Translations under genes and position numbers: made by a program
In this document: piece after piece, positions 37,635-48,193 of the stretch
Numbering within the stretch: position 1 is the stretch's first letter
How the letters are laid out: the number at the start of each line of letters is the position of its first letter
From: Macrostomum hystrix
Taxonomy: Eukaryota; Animalia; Platyhelminthes
Assembly (NCBI GenBank): GCA_950097015.1
Contig: CATNEN010000039.1
Location: forward strand, 3,100,001-3,164,000
Reading direction: 5' to 3'
DNA: 64,000 bases
Notes under the pieces: generated by a model
The model's database searches: none
What the model was told of the DNA's origin: nothing
The model's input: the letters and a program-made list of their open reading frames with translations, nothing else

Positions 37635-40208
37635 GCTAATCAGCAGCCGCCACGCGCCAGCATCATCAGCTACCAGGCGGCGCCGCAGCCGGTTGGAGTG
37701 AGTGGCGCCGCCCTCCCGGCCGGCTCGGTTGGCGTCACCCGCGTCATGCTGCCTCGCGGTCTGCCCTCCTCGGCCCAGACGATTCGCGTGGCGCCGGCGC
37801 AGTCAGCTGTCTCGACCAGCGGCGGCATCCCCGTTGCGGTTCTGCCGCCTAGTGGTGTCAGGCCGCAGCTCATGCAGCAGCCGCAACAGGTTATCCGGCT
37901 TGGCTCCAACCCGCAGCAGCAGCAGCAGACACAGTTCTACCAACTGCAAAGATCAACTGTTGTAGCCGCTTCGCAGCAGCCTCCGGCAAGTTCAACGGCC
38001 AGTTCAAGTTCCGCAGCGCAGCCGCCGCAATACCAGTACCGGATCATCGTGCCCAGCAACACCTCGCTTCGCCGGCTGAGCGTGTTAAATTTCAACAGCT
38101 CCCAGGTGCCAGACCTGAGCATCTCCTGTGAGGCCAGCCTGCAACGCCTGGGCCGCTTCGGCCGGACGCCGACGGCCGTCGCGGCGGCTATTGCGGCGGC
38201 TGCCGAAGCTGAACTGCCCAGCCAGCAGCAGCAGAAGCCACAGTTTGGCGAAGGCAGCGCCTACAGGCAGGCGGAGCGGGACGAGGCGAAGAAGCGAAGG
38301 CTGGCCGGAGCGTATCGGTGTGTGTGGCTGCCATGCACTTTTAGTATGGGAGAGGTGTGGTGGCTAGATCAAGGGTAGCTTTTTTCTTACACTCTGCCTG
38401 TCTCTAGTCAATCCAAATGTGTCCAAATCTGTCGATTTTTTCTTGTTAGCCCAGTGCTTAGAGCTTTGGATTCTGTCAGAGAGGTCGGGAGTTCGAATCT
38501 CCGTCCAAATTCGGAAATTATGGGGTGGAAGGTAGGGTAGGTTTGGCGGCCTCCACAGTCCACTGGGCTAGCTAGTCATTTCATAGCGCCTGTGCCAATC
38601 CACCCTCTTCCAATCAGGCGCTTCAATCCGTTCAACCAGCCCATGCAGCTTTCCATCTCTGGCAGCGGTCGGGAAGGCGCTAGAAAGTTTAAAGGCTCCC
38701 GCGAGGGTGGCATAACAGCCAACGCCGCCTACTGGGTGTTCATGAAGAGCGACGCCAACACCTTCGAGGCTCTGCCAGCCGACGACTTCTACAAGTTTGT
38801 GCCCGACGTCGCCTACCGGCATTTCAACTCGGAGGAAGCCGAGGAGCAGTTTAGTAGGCGCGACAAGACCCTGAATAAGTACAACCTGATGCTGCAACAC
38901 CGGCTCAATGTCAAGGAGGAAGACGGCGGCGGCGGTGGAGGCGGCGGCGGAGGCGATAAGAAAGCTGCTGGCGGCAGCGGTAGCGGAGGCGGCGCTGACA
39001 GGGATGACAACGACGGAGAAGAATTCGATCGAGTCGGCGCCAGGTCGTCGCGTCGATCGCGGCTTCAGCTAACCGACATGGACGAATTCGGTGACGGCGG
39101 CGGCGATTCCGACGAAGGCGACGACGCCGACGATCGTGGCGACGCGTCGACGTCGAAGGCTGGTGCCAAATCGGCGGGCTCCGGCTCTAAGAAGGGCGGC
39201 GGCGCGGTTGGCGGGAAGAACAAGCGCAGGGCGCCGCGTTTCAAGCGCAAGCGAAAGGAGGGCCAGCCGGCTAGCGACGAAGAGGGCGGCGCCGGAGCCG
39301 ATCCGGACGGCGAAGTCGAAGACGAGTCCGAGCTCGACGATCACGAGGGCGACGAGTTGGATTATCTAACTAACAGCAGCTCCGGCAGCGTGTCCGAGTC
39401 TGAGAAGGTTGAGATCTATGAAGAGAAGGGCCTGGACCAGGAGGACGCCATCAAGGTCCTGCTGGTGTCGGAAGACGAAGAGGAAAGCGATGCGGAGAAG
39501 GCCAACGCGGATGGTGAGAAAAATGGCAACACTGAAAATGGTAAAAAATCCGGGGCATCTGCTGCCGCTGGGTCGTCTTCCGGAAGCAGAGCTGCTGTCG
39601 GCGGCAAAGGCGGCGGCGAAGCAGACGATGATGACGATGAAGACGACGATGAGAGCAGAGACGAAAGCAAAAGCAGCAGCAACGGTGCTGACTCGGACTC
39701 GGACGGGGGAAATAGGGACTCCTCCAAGAAGGAGAAGCAGAGTACCAAGGATAAAGAGGCTAAAAAGGCTAAAAAGAAGAAGCACAAGAAGTCTTCCAAG
39801 CATCAGTCCGTTAAAGAGGCTGAGAAACGCGAAGCTCTTGTGAAGCGAATCAAAGAGAAGGCTCAGTACGGCGGTGGCGCTGCGTCTTCCGCCGGGTCGT
39901 CGGTGGCCGATTCTGACGGTCCGCCGACGAAGCGTCAAAAGACTGGCGCCTCGGCTCCGACAGTTGGTTCGGCTGACCTAATCGAAGAAGCTGAGATTCG
40001 GCGCTACCTTGGCCGGCGGCCAATGACCCTAGCCGAGCTGTCCAAGAAGCTGCGTGGCAAGTTTAAAAAGTACAAAGAGATGAACAAGTCAGTGCTGTTT
40101 CAAGCGCTGGCAGCCGCACTGGCCGGCCTGTTTGAACGGCAGGAGATCAAGAAGACAACCGTGAATGCCGTCTGCACCTACTCGCTGAGCACCAGTGGAG
40201 GACGATGA
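37635..40208 (+). CDS. GTF2F1: General transcription factor IIF subunit 1 (RAP74); exons 37635-38317, 38618-40208; start codon not found
   Basis: FGEGSAYRQAERDEAKKRR, RKFKGSREGGITANAAYWVF, FEALPADDFYKF, EEAEEQFSRRDKTLN, acidic linker with EGDELDY, winged-helix EEAEIRRYLGRRPMT. Phase-2 GT-AG intron. Confidence 0.93.
38447..38565 (+). mobile_element. tRNA-head SINE relic (family B-like) in RAP74 intron
   Basis: TAGCCCAGTGCTTAGAGC...GGAGTTCGAATCTCC A/B boxes without a closed acceptor stem; resembles the element at 59195-59360. Confidence 0.5.
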
Positions 40209-40672
40209 TTGAATTGTCTGGCAAATCTTTAAAGCCGTATTTGCTTCCTGTTCGCATTTTCGACCCAGATGCTAGCCATAACTAACGCTTGCTACTTAAA
40301 CAAATGCTTCTCTTGTTGCCTAACCCTAGTGTGTCTTCTCCGATCTCCGAAAACTTGTTATCTAAAATAATGTCATACTTGATTTGTAAGGCTATAAAAT
40401 AAAAAAGAAAAAATTTTGCGATTTCTTATTCAAGTTAATGCTGCATTCTGTATTAAGCGTGTGTATCCTTGTGACTTTCACTTTCTGAAAATTAATTTCC
40501 TTTCATGCGGTATCTGTGTCCTTTCATTTCAATTTAAGCTTGTCCGTGTTGTATCTTCTCATTTCGTAATTCAGGCTGTTACCAGAGTTTCACACAGCTA
40601 GTCAGTGAAGACCGCACATTTTTTACATCAGAATAAACTTTTGTCCGATTTCGTCTTCCAGCCGGTCAGGCG

Positions 40673-42246
40673 ATGATCCGCCTGTACAGACAGCTGCCGG
40701 CAGCTGTCCGCTATCTGCTGGTGTGCCTGTACCTGTGCCTGTGGCTGTTTGCGCTATTCAACTACAGCAGCCGCTGCCGCTACTCACAGCCGGACGTGTT
40801 CTCAAGCGACTGGCCGGCCGGCGATCCTCGGCTCGAATCTGGCCGCTGCTTCCTGCGCCGCGATCAACTGCAGCTGCACTCACCGGACCTGAGGACTGCG
40901 AAGGAGCTGCGGCAGCTCGAGCGAGAGCTGACGGGTCCGGGGGTACCAGCCGTGATGAGGCTGAGTCCTGGGGGCAGCTGGGCTCCCGCAAACTGCACCC
41001 CGCTGCAGCACGTGGCTGTGCTGGTGGCCTACAGGAACAGGGACTTTCACCTGCGGCTTCTGCTAGACCGACTACACCGCATGCTCAGGCTGCAGCTCAT
41101 CAAGTACTCAGTGTTTGTGGTTGAGCAGGTGAGCAGCTGACTGGCAGCTGGTGTGTTTGTGGTTGAGCAGGTGAGCAGCTGACTGGCAGCTGGTGTGTTT
41201 GTGGTAGAGCAGGTGAGCAGCTGATTGGCAGCTGGTGTGTTTGTGGTTGAGCAGTTTGAGCAGCTGATTGGGAGCTGGTGTGTTAGTGGCAGAGCAGTTT
41301 GAGCAGCCTAATTTGTGTCCGCAGGCGGGCCAGGAGCCCTTCAACCGCGGCATGCTGATGAACGTGGGCGTTGTGGAGGCTCTGAAATTGGCCAGCTACG
41401 ACTGCTTCATCTTCCACGACGTGGACATGATCCCCGAGCACGATCAGAATGTGTACCTGTGCGATGAGAACGCCAGACACCTGGCATCCGCCATTGACGA
41501 GATGCGGTATCACGTGATGTTCTACAACTACCTGGGCGCTGTGCTGGGTGAGTAAGCGACTCATTCTGAGCCACAATGACCCCACATTCATAGTCAGCAT
41601 GACCCCACATTCACAGTCAGCATGACCCCACATTCACAGTCAGCATGAGCCCACATTCACAGTCAGCATGAGCCCACATTCATAGTCAGCATGACCACAC
41701 ATGCAGAGTCAGCATGACCCCACATTCAGAGTCAGCATGAGCCCACATTTATAGTCAGCATGAGCCCACATTCATAGTCTGCATGACCACACATGCAGAG
41801 TCAGCATGAGCTCACATTTAAGACCCCTCGTCCATCTCTTCATCCTGGCAGCCATGAGCAGCAAGAACTTCTTCCGCGTCAACGGCTTCTCCAACGTGTA
41901 CTGGGGCTGGGGCAACGAGGACGACGACCTGAGCGCCCGCACCATGGAAGCTGGCATGCTGTTGTCGCGACCGCCGACCTCCCTCGGCCGCTACAAGATG
42001 GTGCGGCACCCCAAGGCCGTGCGTATCGAGTCGGCCTACAGCCAGTTCCGGCACTGGCGGGCTCGGCAGTTCGAGGACGGCGTCAGCTCGCTGGGCGCTG
42101 GCTCCTACTCGCTGACGGACGTCGATAAGCAGCCGCTCTGCACGCTGCTGACCGTGCGGCTCAACGCCAGCCAGCACCGGATGCAGGCCGACTGGCTGGC
42201 CGCCCCGGCCTCGTTCTTGTGGTTTCTAGGATTTTATTATCCTTGA
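40673..42246 (+). CDS. Beta-1,4-galactosyltransferase (GT7 family), copy 1, ~357 aa; exons 40673-41128, 41325-41547, 41852-42246
   Basis: Type II TM anchor, VAVLVAYRNR, FNRGMLMNVG, FHDVD, NGFSNVYWGWGNEDDD, YKMVRH. Intron phases 0 and 1 are consistent. Confidence 0.93.
41111..41306 (+). repeat. 42-bp repeat of the exon 1/intron 1 junction (~5 units)
   Basis: Unit GTGTTTGTGGTTGAGCAG|GTGAGCAGCTGA(C/T)TGGCAGCTGGT. Confidence 0.92.
41576..41820. repeat. 23-bp minisatellite in intron 2 of GT7 copy 1
   Basis: Unit CATGACCCCACATTCA(C/T)AGTCAG. Confidence 0.92.
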
Positions 42247-42289
42247 CGACTGCTCAAACTTCTGAGTCCTTGATCATTAATTGTTTATT

Positions 42290-42565
42290 TACGCCTGCCC
42301 CGATTAGGCCAGATGTGCAGCCGACAGCACAGCCGCAGCTATTGCGCGGCGCATCTAAAGGCTGCGTACGGCTGTTCAGTCCGTGGACTGGGGGGCGCCA
42401 CACCCACTTTCCCCAGCTGATGATGGTACCCATTTACCTGCTCGTTGAACTGAAGCAATGTAGAGCTAAGTACCGTGCTTAATGGCACAAACTGCTCCAG
42501 TGGAGTCGGGAATCGAACCTCCGACCTTAATCCGTGAGTCCGACGCTCTAACGACTTGGCTACAA
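42290..42565 (-). mobile_element. tRNA-derived SINE with CORE-like domain (family B)
   Basis: Minus strand: GTAGCCAAGTCGTTAGAGCG...GGTTCGATTCCC, then TTAAGCACGGTACTTAGCTCTACATTGCTTCAG...GTAAATGGGTACC, similar to the CORE-SINE central domain. Confidence 0.7.
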
Positions 42566-43934
42566 CCTATCATAGTCCTTGAGTCCTGGACTGAGTTCAA
42601 GGTTTCTGAGTTCAACTATTTCTCAGACTTTAAGATCCCCAATCTAAAAAGTGCCGAAATATCAACCGGATTTACAGTCCTTGGGCTTGGAGTTTTACTC
42701 TCAAACTTAACTCCAAATCCTAAAACAACTTAAAATCCTAGAGCGAAATAATACCCGGAAAAAGCAGTTTAACATTATAACCGTGCCCACAATCTGCAGT
42801 GTTCCCAGATCCACTTGATCAAATTATCCCTAAAGCTTTCCCACTGTGAGGCTCAGGTGTTGTAAATCATGTTTGAAACTATTGATTTATTGTCTTCGCT
42901 TTAAGCAGCATTGAGCTTTAACAATTTCTCTAGTCAAAGATGGTGTTACTATCTAGCTGTCTGTAACCTACGGACTAATGGCCTGGTTGTGCCTTCGTAC
43001 AATCGTTGTTTTGTACTAAAAACATGTTTAAAGTGATGCTACTTTTTTGAGTATCCTTTTTATATATGCTACCTAAATCTCTGAATGGTCCTAATAATGA
43101 TGGGTCATACAGATCGTCACCTGTCTTCAGGTAGACGGCGGGAGTATTTATGACTTGTTTTAGTACCGCGCATGCCTCGTCATCTAACAAGTTATATTTT
43201 TTGTTAGAAAAACTGTTCATGTCTAACATAGTCACTATTGTTTCGCTTGTGTACGCTGTGCATTTACTGTGATTTATAAATTACTTGAACAAAAGACACT
43301 TGCTGTGCAATTCTGGTACTCATTGTTTTATTGGCGTCTGGCTGCAGAATTTGTACTAAGCTGTGATTTCCGTATTGTGTATCGCATTAAATACCGAATC
43401 TGTTTTGTAACGTAGAATGCATTCTTTTATGCACAGCCTGCCTACCTACCTACTAAACCTTTCTACTTCCTTTTTTGACCAAACTACTGTTTAAGGTGTA
43501 GTAGTATCTGTACGGGTCTTTGCTGTCATGTTCTGCAGCTTTTATTTTGTTTGTATAAAACAATTGAAAACTCTACATTTCACTTATCTGAACCGCACAA
43601 ATTGGGTCAAAACTGTAGCTCAGCTGTGTGTCTTGGTCATTTTGCAGATTCTTTGTGTGTTCAACCTACTACTGAATGTGCTTTTGTGTTCAGCAGTATG
43701 CAATGATAACCCCTTGTGTTATACGCTTGCACTAATCATGTTATTGTGCCGCTCAACAACTATTTATTCTAGTCTATACTGCATTCACTTGTTCGCTTGG
43801 TCACTAGTCAGCGAATACAATAGTTCCCTGTACTGTGCAGGTCAGCCTTTTTACGTTTTAGTTTAATAAAAACTGTTTATTTCTGGTACATTTGGTACAT
43901 TTCTGATTGCATTTCATTCTCATCTGGCCTCAGC

Positions 43935-44350
43935 CATGGGACTAGTACTGGCTTCAGGCATGAGACTAGTACTGGCTTCAGGGATGGGACTAGTACTGGC
44001 TTCAGGGATGGGACTAGTACTGGCTTCAGGGATGGGACTAGTACAGGATTCAGGGATGGGACTAGTACAGGCTGCAGGGATGGAACTAGTACTGGCTTCA
44101 GGGATGGGACTAGTACTGGCTTCAGGGATGGGACTAGTACTGGCTTCAGGGATGGGACTAGTACTGGCTTCAGGGATGGGACTAGTACTGGCTTCAGGGA
44201 TGGGACTAGTACTGGCTTCAGGGATGGGACTAGTACTGGCTGCAGGGATGGAACTAGTACAGGCTGCAGGGATGGAACTAGTACAGGCTGCAGGGATGGA
44301 ACTAGTACTGGCTGGAGGGATGGGACTTGTACTGGCTGCAGGGATAGGAC
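43935..44350. repeat. 24-bp minisatellite (GGGATGGGACTAGTACTGGCTTCA, ~17 units)
   Basis: Direct periodicity. Confidence 0.95.
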
Positions 44351-44446
44351 AGTTTGAGCAACTGTGATGCAATGAGCACTCTCTGACAGAAAACCGAACT
44401 CGAATCTCCGCAGCAGTCACCTGGCCTGGATCCGGGATTCTAAGAA

Positions 44447-46700
44447 ATGTCCGGCCGCTGGTCACTAATGCAGGCCTGCAGGCGCCTGCCAGCACTTGGC
44501 CGCTACCTGCTGGTGTGCCTGTACCTGTGCCTGTGGCTGTTTGCGCTGTTCAACTACAGCAGCCGCTGCCGCTACTCACAGCCGGACGTGTTCTCAAGCG
44601 ACTGGCCGGCCGGCGATCCCCGGCTCGAATCTGGCCGCTGCTTCCTGCGCCGCGATCAACTGCAGCTGCACTCACCGGACCTGAGGACTGCGAAGGAGCT
44701 GCGGCAGCTCGAGCGAGAGCTGACGGGTCCGGGGGTACCAGCCGTGATGAGGCTGAGTCCTGGAGGCAGCTGGGCTCCCGCAAACTGCACCCCGCTGCAG
44801 CACGTGGCTGTGCTGGTGGCCTACAGGAACAGGGACTTTCACCTGCGGCTTCTGCTAGACCGACTACACCGCATGCTCAGGCTGCAGCTCATCAAGTACT
44901 CAGTGTTTGTGGTTGAGCAGGTGAGCAGCTGACTGGCAGCTGGTGTGTTTGTGGTTGAGCAGGTGAGCAGCTGACTGGCAGCTGGTGTGTTTGTGGTTGA
45001 GCAGGTGAGCAGCTGACTGGCAGCTGGTGTGTCTGTGGTTGAGCAGGTGAGCAGCTGATTGGCAGCTGGTGTGTTTGTGGTTGAGCAGGTGAGCAGCTGA
45101 TTGGCAGCTGGTGTGTTTGTGGTTGAGCAGGTGAGCAGCTGACTGGCAGCTGGTGTGTCTGTGGTTGAGCAGGTGAGCAGCTGATTGGCAGCTGGTGTGT
45201 TTGTGGTTGAGCAGGTGAGCAGCTGATTGGCAGCTGGTGTGTTTGTGGTTGAGCAGGTGAGCAGCTGACTGGCAGCTGGTGTGTTTGTGGTTGAGCAGGT
45301 GAGCAGCTGATTGGCAGCTGGTGTGTTTGTGGTTGAGCAGGTGAGCAGCTGATTGGCAGCTGGTGTGTTTGTGGTTGAGCAGGTGAGCAGCTGATTGGCA
45401 GCTGGTGTGTTTGTGGTTGAGCAGGTGAGCAGCTGATTCGCTGTTTGTGGTTGAGCAGTTTGAGCAGCTGATTGGCAGCTGGTGTATTTGTGGTTGAGCA
45501 GTTTGAGCAGCTGGTGTATTTGTGGTTGAGCAGGTGAGCAGCTGATTGGCAGCTGGTGTGTTTGTGGCTGAGCAGGTGAGCAGCTGATTGGCAGCTGGTG
45601 TGTTTGTGGCTGAGCAGGTGAGCAGCTGATTGGCAGCTGGTGTGTTTGTCGTTGAGCAGTTTGAGCAGCCTAATTTGTGTCCGCAGGCGGGCCCGGAGCC
45701 CTTCAACCGCGGCATGCTGATGAACGTGGGCGTTGTGGAGGCTCTGAAGTTGGCCAGCTTCGACTGCTTCATCTTCCACGACGTGGACATGATCCCCGAG
45801 CACGATCAGAATGTGTACCTGTGCGATGAGAACGCCAGACACCTGGCATCCGCCATTGACGAGATGCGGTATCACGTGATGTTCTACAACTACCTGGGCG
45901 CTGTGCTGGGTGAGTAAGCGACTCATTCTGAGCCACAATGACCCCACATTCATAGTCAGCATGACCCCACATTCATAGTCAGCATGACCCCACATTCACA
46001 GTCAGCATGACCCCACATTCACAGTCAGCATGAGCCCACATTCATAGTCAGCATGAGCCCACATTCATAGTCAGCATGACCCCACATTCATAGTCAGCAT
46101 GACCCCACATTCACAGTCAGCATGACCCCACATTCACAGTCAGCATGAGCCCACATTCATAGTCAGCATGAGCCCACATTCATAGTCTGCATGACCACAC
46201 ATGCAGAGTCAGCATGACCCCACATTTATAGTCAGCATGAGCCCACATTTATAGTCAGCATGAGCTCACATTTAAGACCCCTCGTCCATCTCTTCATCCT
46301 GGCAGCCATGAGCAGCAAGAACTTCTTCCGCGTCAACGGCTTCTCCAACGTGTACTGGGGCTGGGGCAACGAGGACGACGACCTGAGCGCCCGCACCATG
46401 GAGGCTGGCATGCTGTTGTCGCGACCGCCGACCTCCCTCGGCCGCTACAAGATGGTGCGGCACCCCAAGGCCGTGCGTATCGAGGGTGGCAACGAGTACT
46501 TTATGTCCTGGCGAGCCAGACACTACGAGGACGGTCTGAATGCCCTGAGCAAGGCGTCCTACTCTGTGCTGAGCAGGCGAGCACTGCCGCTGTACATGAA
46601 CATCACAGTGCAGCTCTCCAAACAGAGACACCAGATGACACCTGAGTGGCTGTCGCAGAGTGACTCTATTTGGTGGTTTTTGGGATTTTATTATCCCTGA
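44447..46700 (+). CDS. Beta-1,4-galactosyltransferase (GT7 family), copy 2; exons 44447-44920, 45687-45909, 46306-46700
   Basis: Same motifs and exon structure as copy 1. Distinct N-terminal tail and C-terminal ~71 aa. Confidence 0.93.
44903..45668 (+). repeat. 42-bp repeat of the exon 1/intron 1 junction (~19 units, 16 intact CAG|GTGAG donors)
   Basis: Donors every 42 nt from 44921 to 45425, then at 45534, 45576 and 45618. Confidence 0.95.
45938..46272. repeat. 23-bp minisatellite in intron 2 of GT7 copy 2
   Basis: Same unit as 41576-41820, more copies. Confidence 0.92.
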
Positions 46701-46773
46701 GTACTGCGGCGGAGGTGCTGTGTTTCAGAAAACTTTTTTGTGCTCATGATCACTCTTCAGTTTATTAAACACG

Positions 46774-47581
46774 ATGAGCCTTCAGTCATTGAAGCAATAT
46801 GAGCCTTCAGTCATTGAAGCAATATGAGCCTTCTGTCATTGAAGGAATATGAGCCTTCAGTCATTGAAGCAATATGAGCCCTCAGTCATTGAAGCAATAT
46901 GAGCCTTCAGTCATTGAAGCAATATGAGCCTTCTGTCATTGAAGCAATATGAGCCTTCAGTCATTGAAGCAATATGAGCCTTCTGTCATTGAAGGAATAT
47001 GAGCCTTCAGTCATTGAAGCAATATGAGCCCTCAGTCATTGAAGCAATATGAGCCTTCAGTCATTGAAGCAATATGAGCCTTCTGTCATTGAAGCAATAT
47101 GAGCCTTCAGTCATTGAAGGAATATGAGCCTTCAGTCATTGAAGGAATATGAGCCTTAAGTCATTGAAGCAATATGAGCCCTCAGTCATTGAAGCAATAT
47201 GAGCCTTCAGTCATTGAAGGAATATGAGTCTTCAGTCATTGAAGGAATATGAGCCTTCAGTCATTGAAGGAATATGAGTCTTCAGTCATTGAAGGAATAT
47301 GAGCCTTCAGTCATTGAAGGAATATGAGTCTTCAGTCATTGAAGGAATATGAGCCTTAAGTCATTGAAGGAATATGAGCCTTAAGTCATTGAAGGAATAT
47401 GAGTCTTCAGTCATTGAAGGAATATGAGCCTTCAGTCATTGAAGGAATATGAGCCCTCAGTCATTGAAGCAATATGAGCCTTCAGTCATTGAAGGAATAT
47501 GAGTCTTCAGTCATTGAAGGAATATGAGCCTTCAGTCATTGATGGAATATGAGCCCTCAGTCATCAAAGAGTCATGAGCCT
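46774..47581. repeat. 25-bp minisatellite (GAGCCTTCAGTCATTGAAG(C/G)AATAT, ~32 units)
   Basis: Direct periodicity; starts just after ATTAAA at the 3' end of GT7 copy 2. Confidence 0.95.
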
Positions 47582-48193
47582 TGGCAGTTAGCTCTCCTGC
47601 CTCAGTCAATAGCTTGAGAGCTTCCACGCTGCATTGTACTCAAATGAGCAGCCTTATGCGTAAGAATGCTGCTTTGCCATTGTGTATTATTCTCCATTTT
47701 TTCTGGCATGCTTCCGTGTGCAGTTCATTTTCTACTTTTTGCTTTCTATTACTTTCGTCCTAAATTTTCTGTGGTGTCTACTAAATTTTCCTTGTCACAA
47801 TTCTCCTTTTTTCTGTATGCCATCTAGTACTTAAATGTAATATTCGATAAAGTACATTTTGTCGCACCTGGCTTTCTATTCTAGATCGCGACTGAAAGAG
47901 AAACATTAAATAAATCCCCTACTTTGTGATGGGAATGGTACAGTTTTATTTCATTGTTGGTAATAGCGCTGCTTAAATACTTAGTTCTGCATTTGATGAA
48001 CGGAGTTCTTTATTAAATGCAGAGTGACTATTTTAAATATATATACTCGTATATTTGCCTATTTTTGTTCTTAGCATTGTTCGCTTTAAAATTGTTTAAT
48101 GTGCTTCAGTGCCAATTTAATTAGGAATGAAGCTTACTTTAAATGATCCTTGTTGTTAGCTTTCTTTATTGGACTTTAAGGTGAGACCTAAAG

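Noticed and set aside
42975-43280. AT-rich minus-strand ORF (TPAVYLKTGDDLYDPSLLGPF) between the GT7 genes
   Set aside because: No recognisable domain or partner exons; a BLAST search would be needed.
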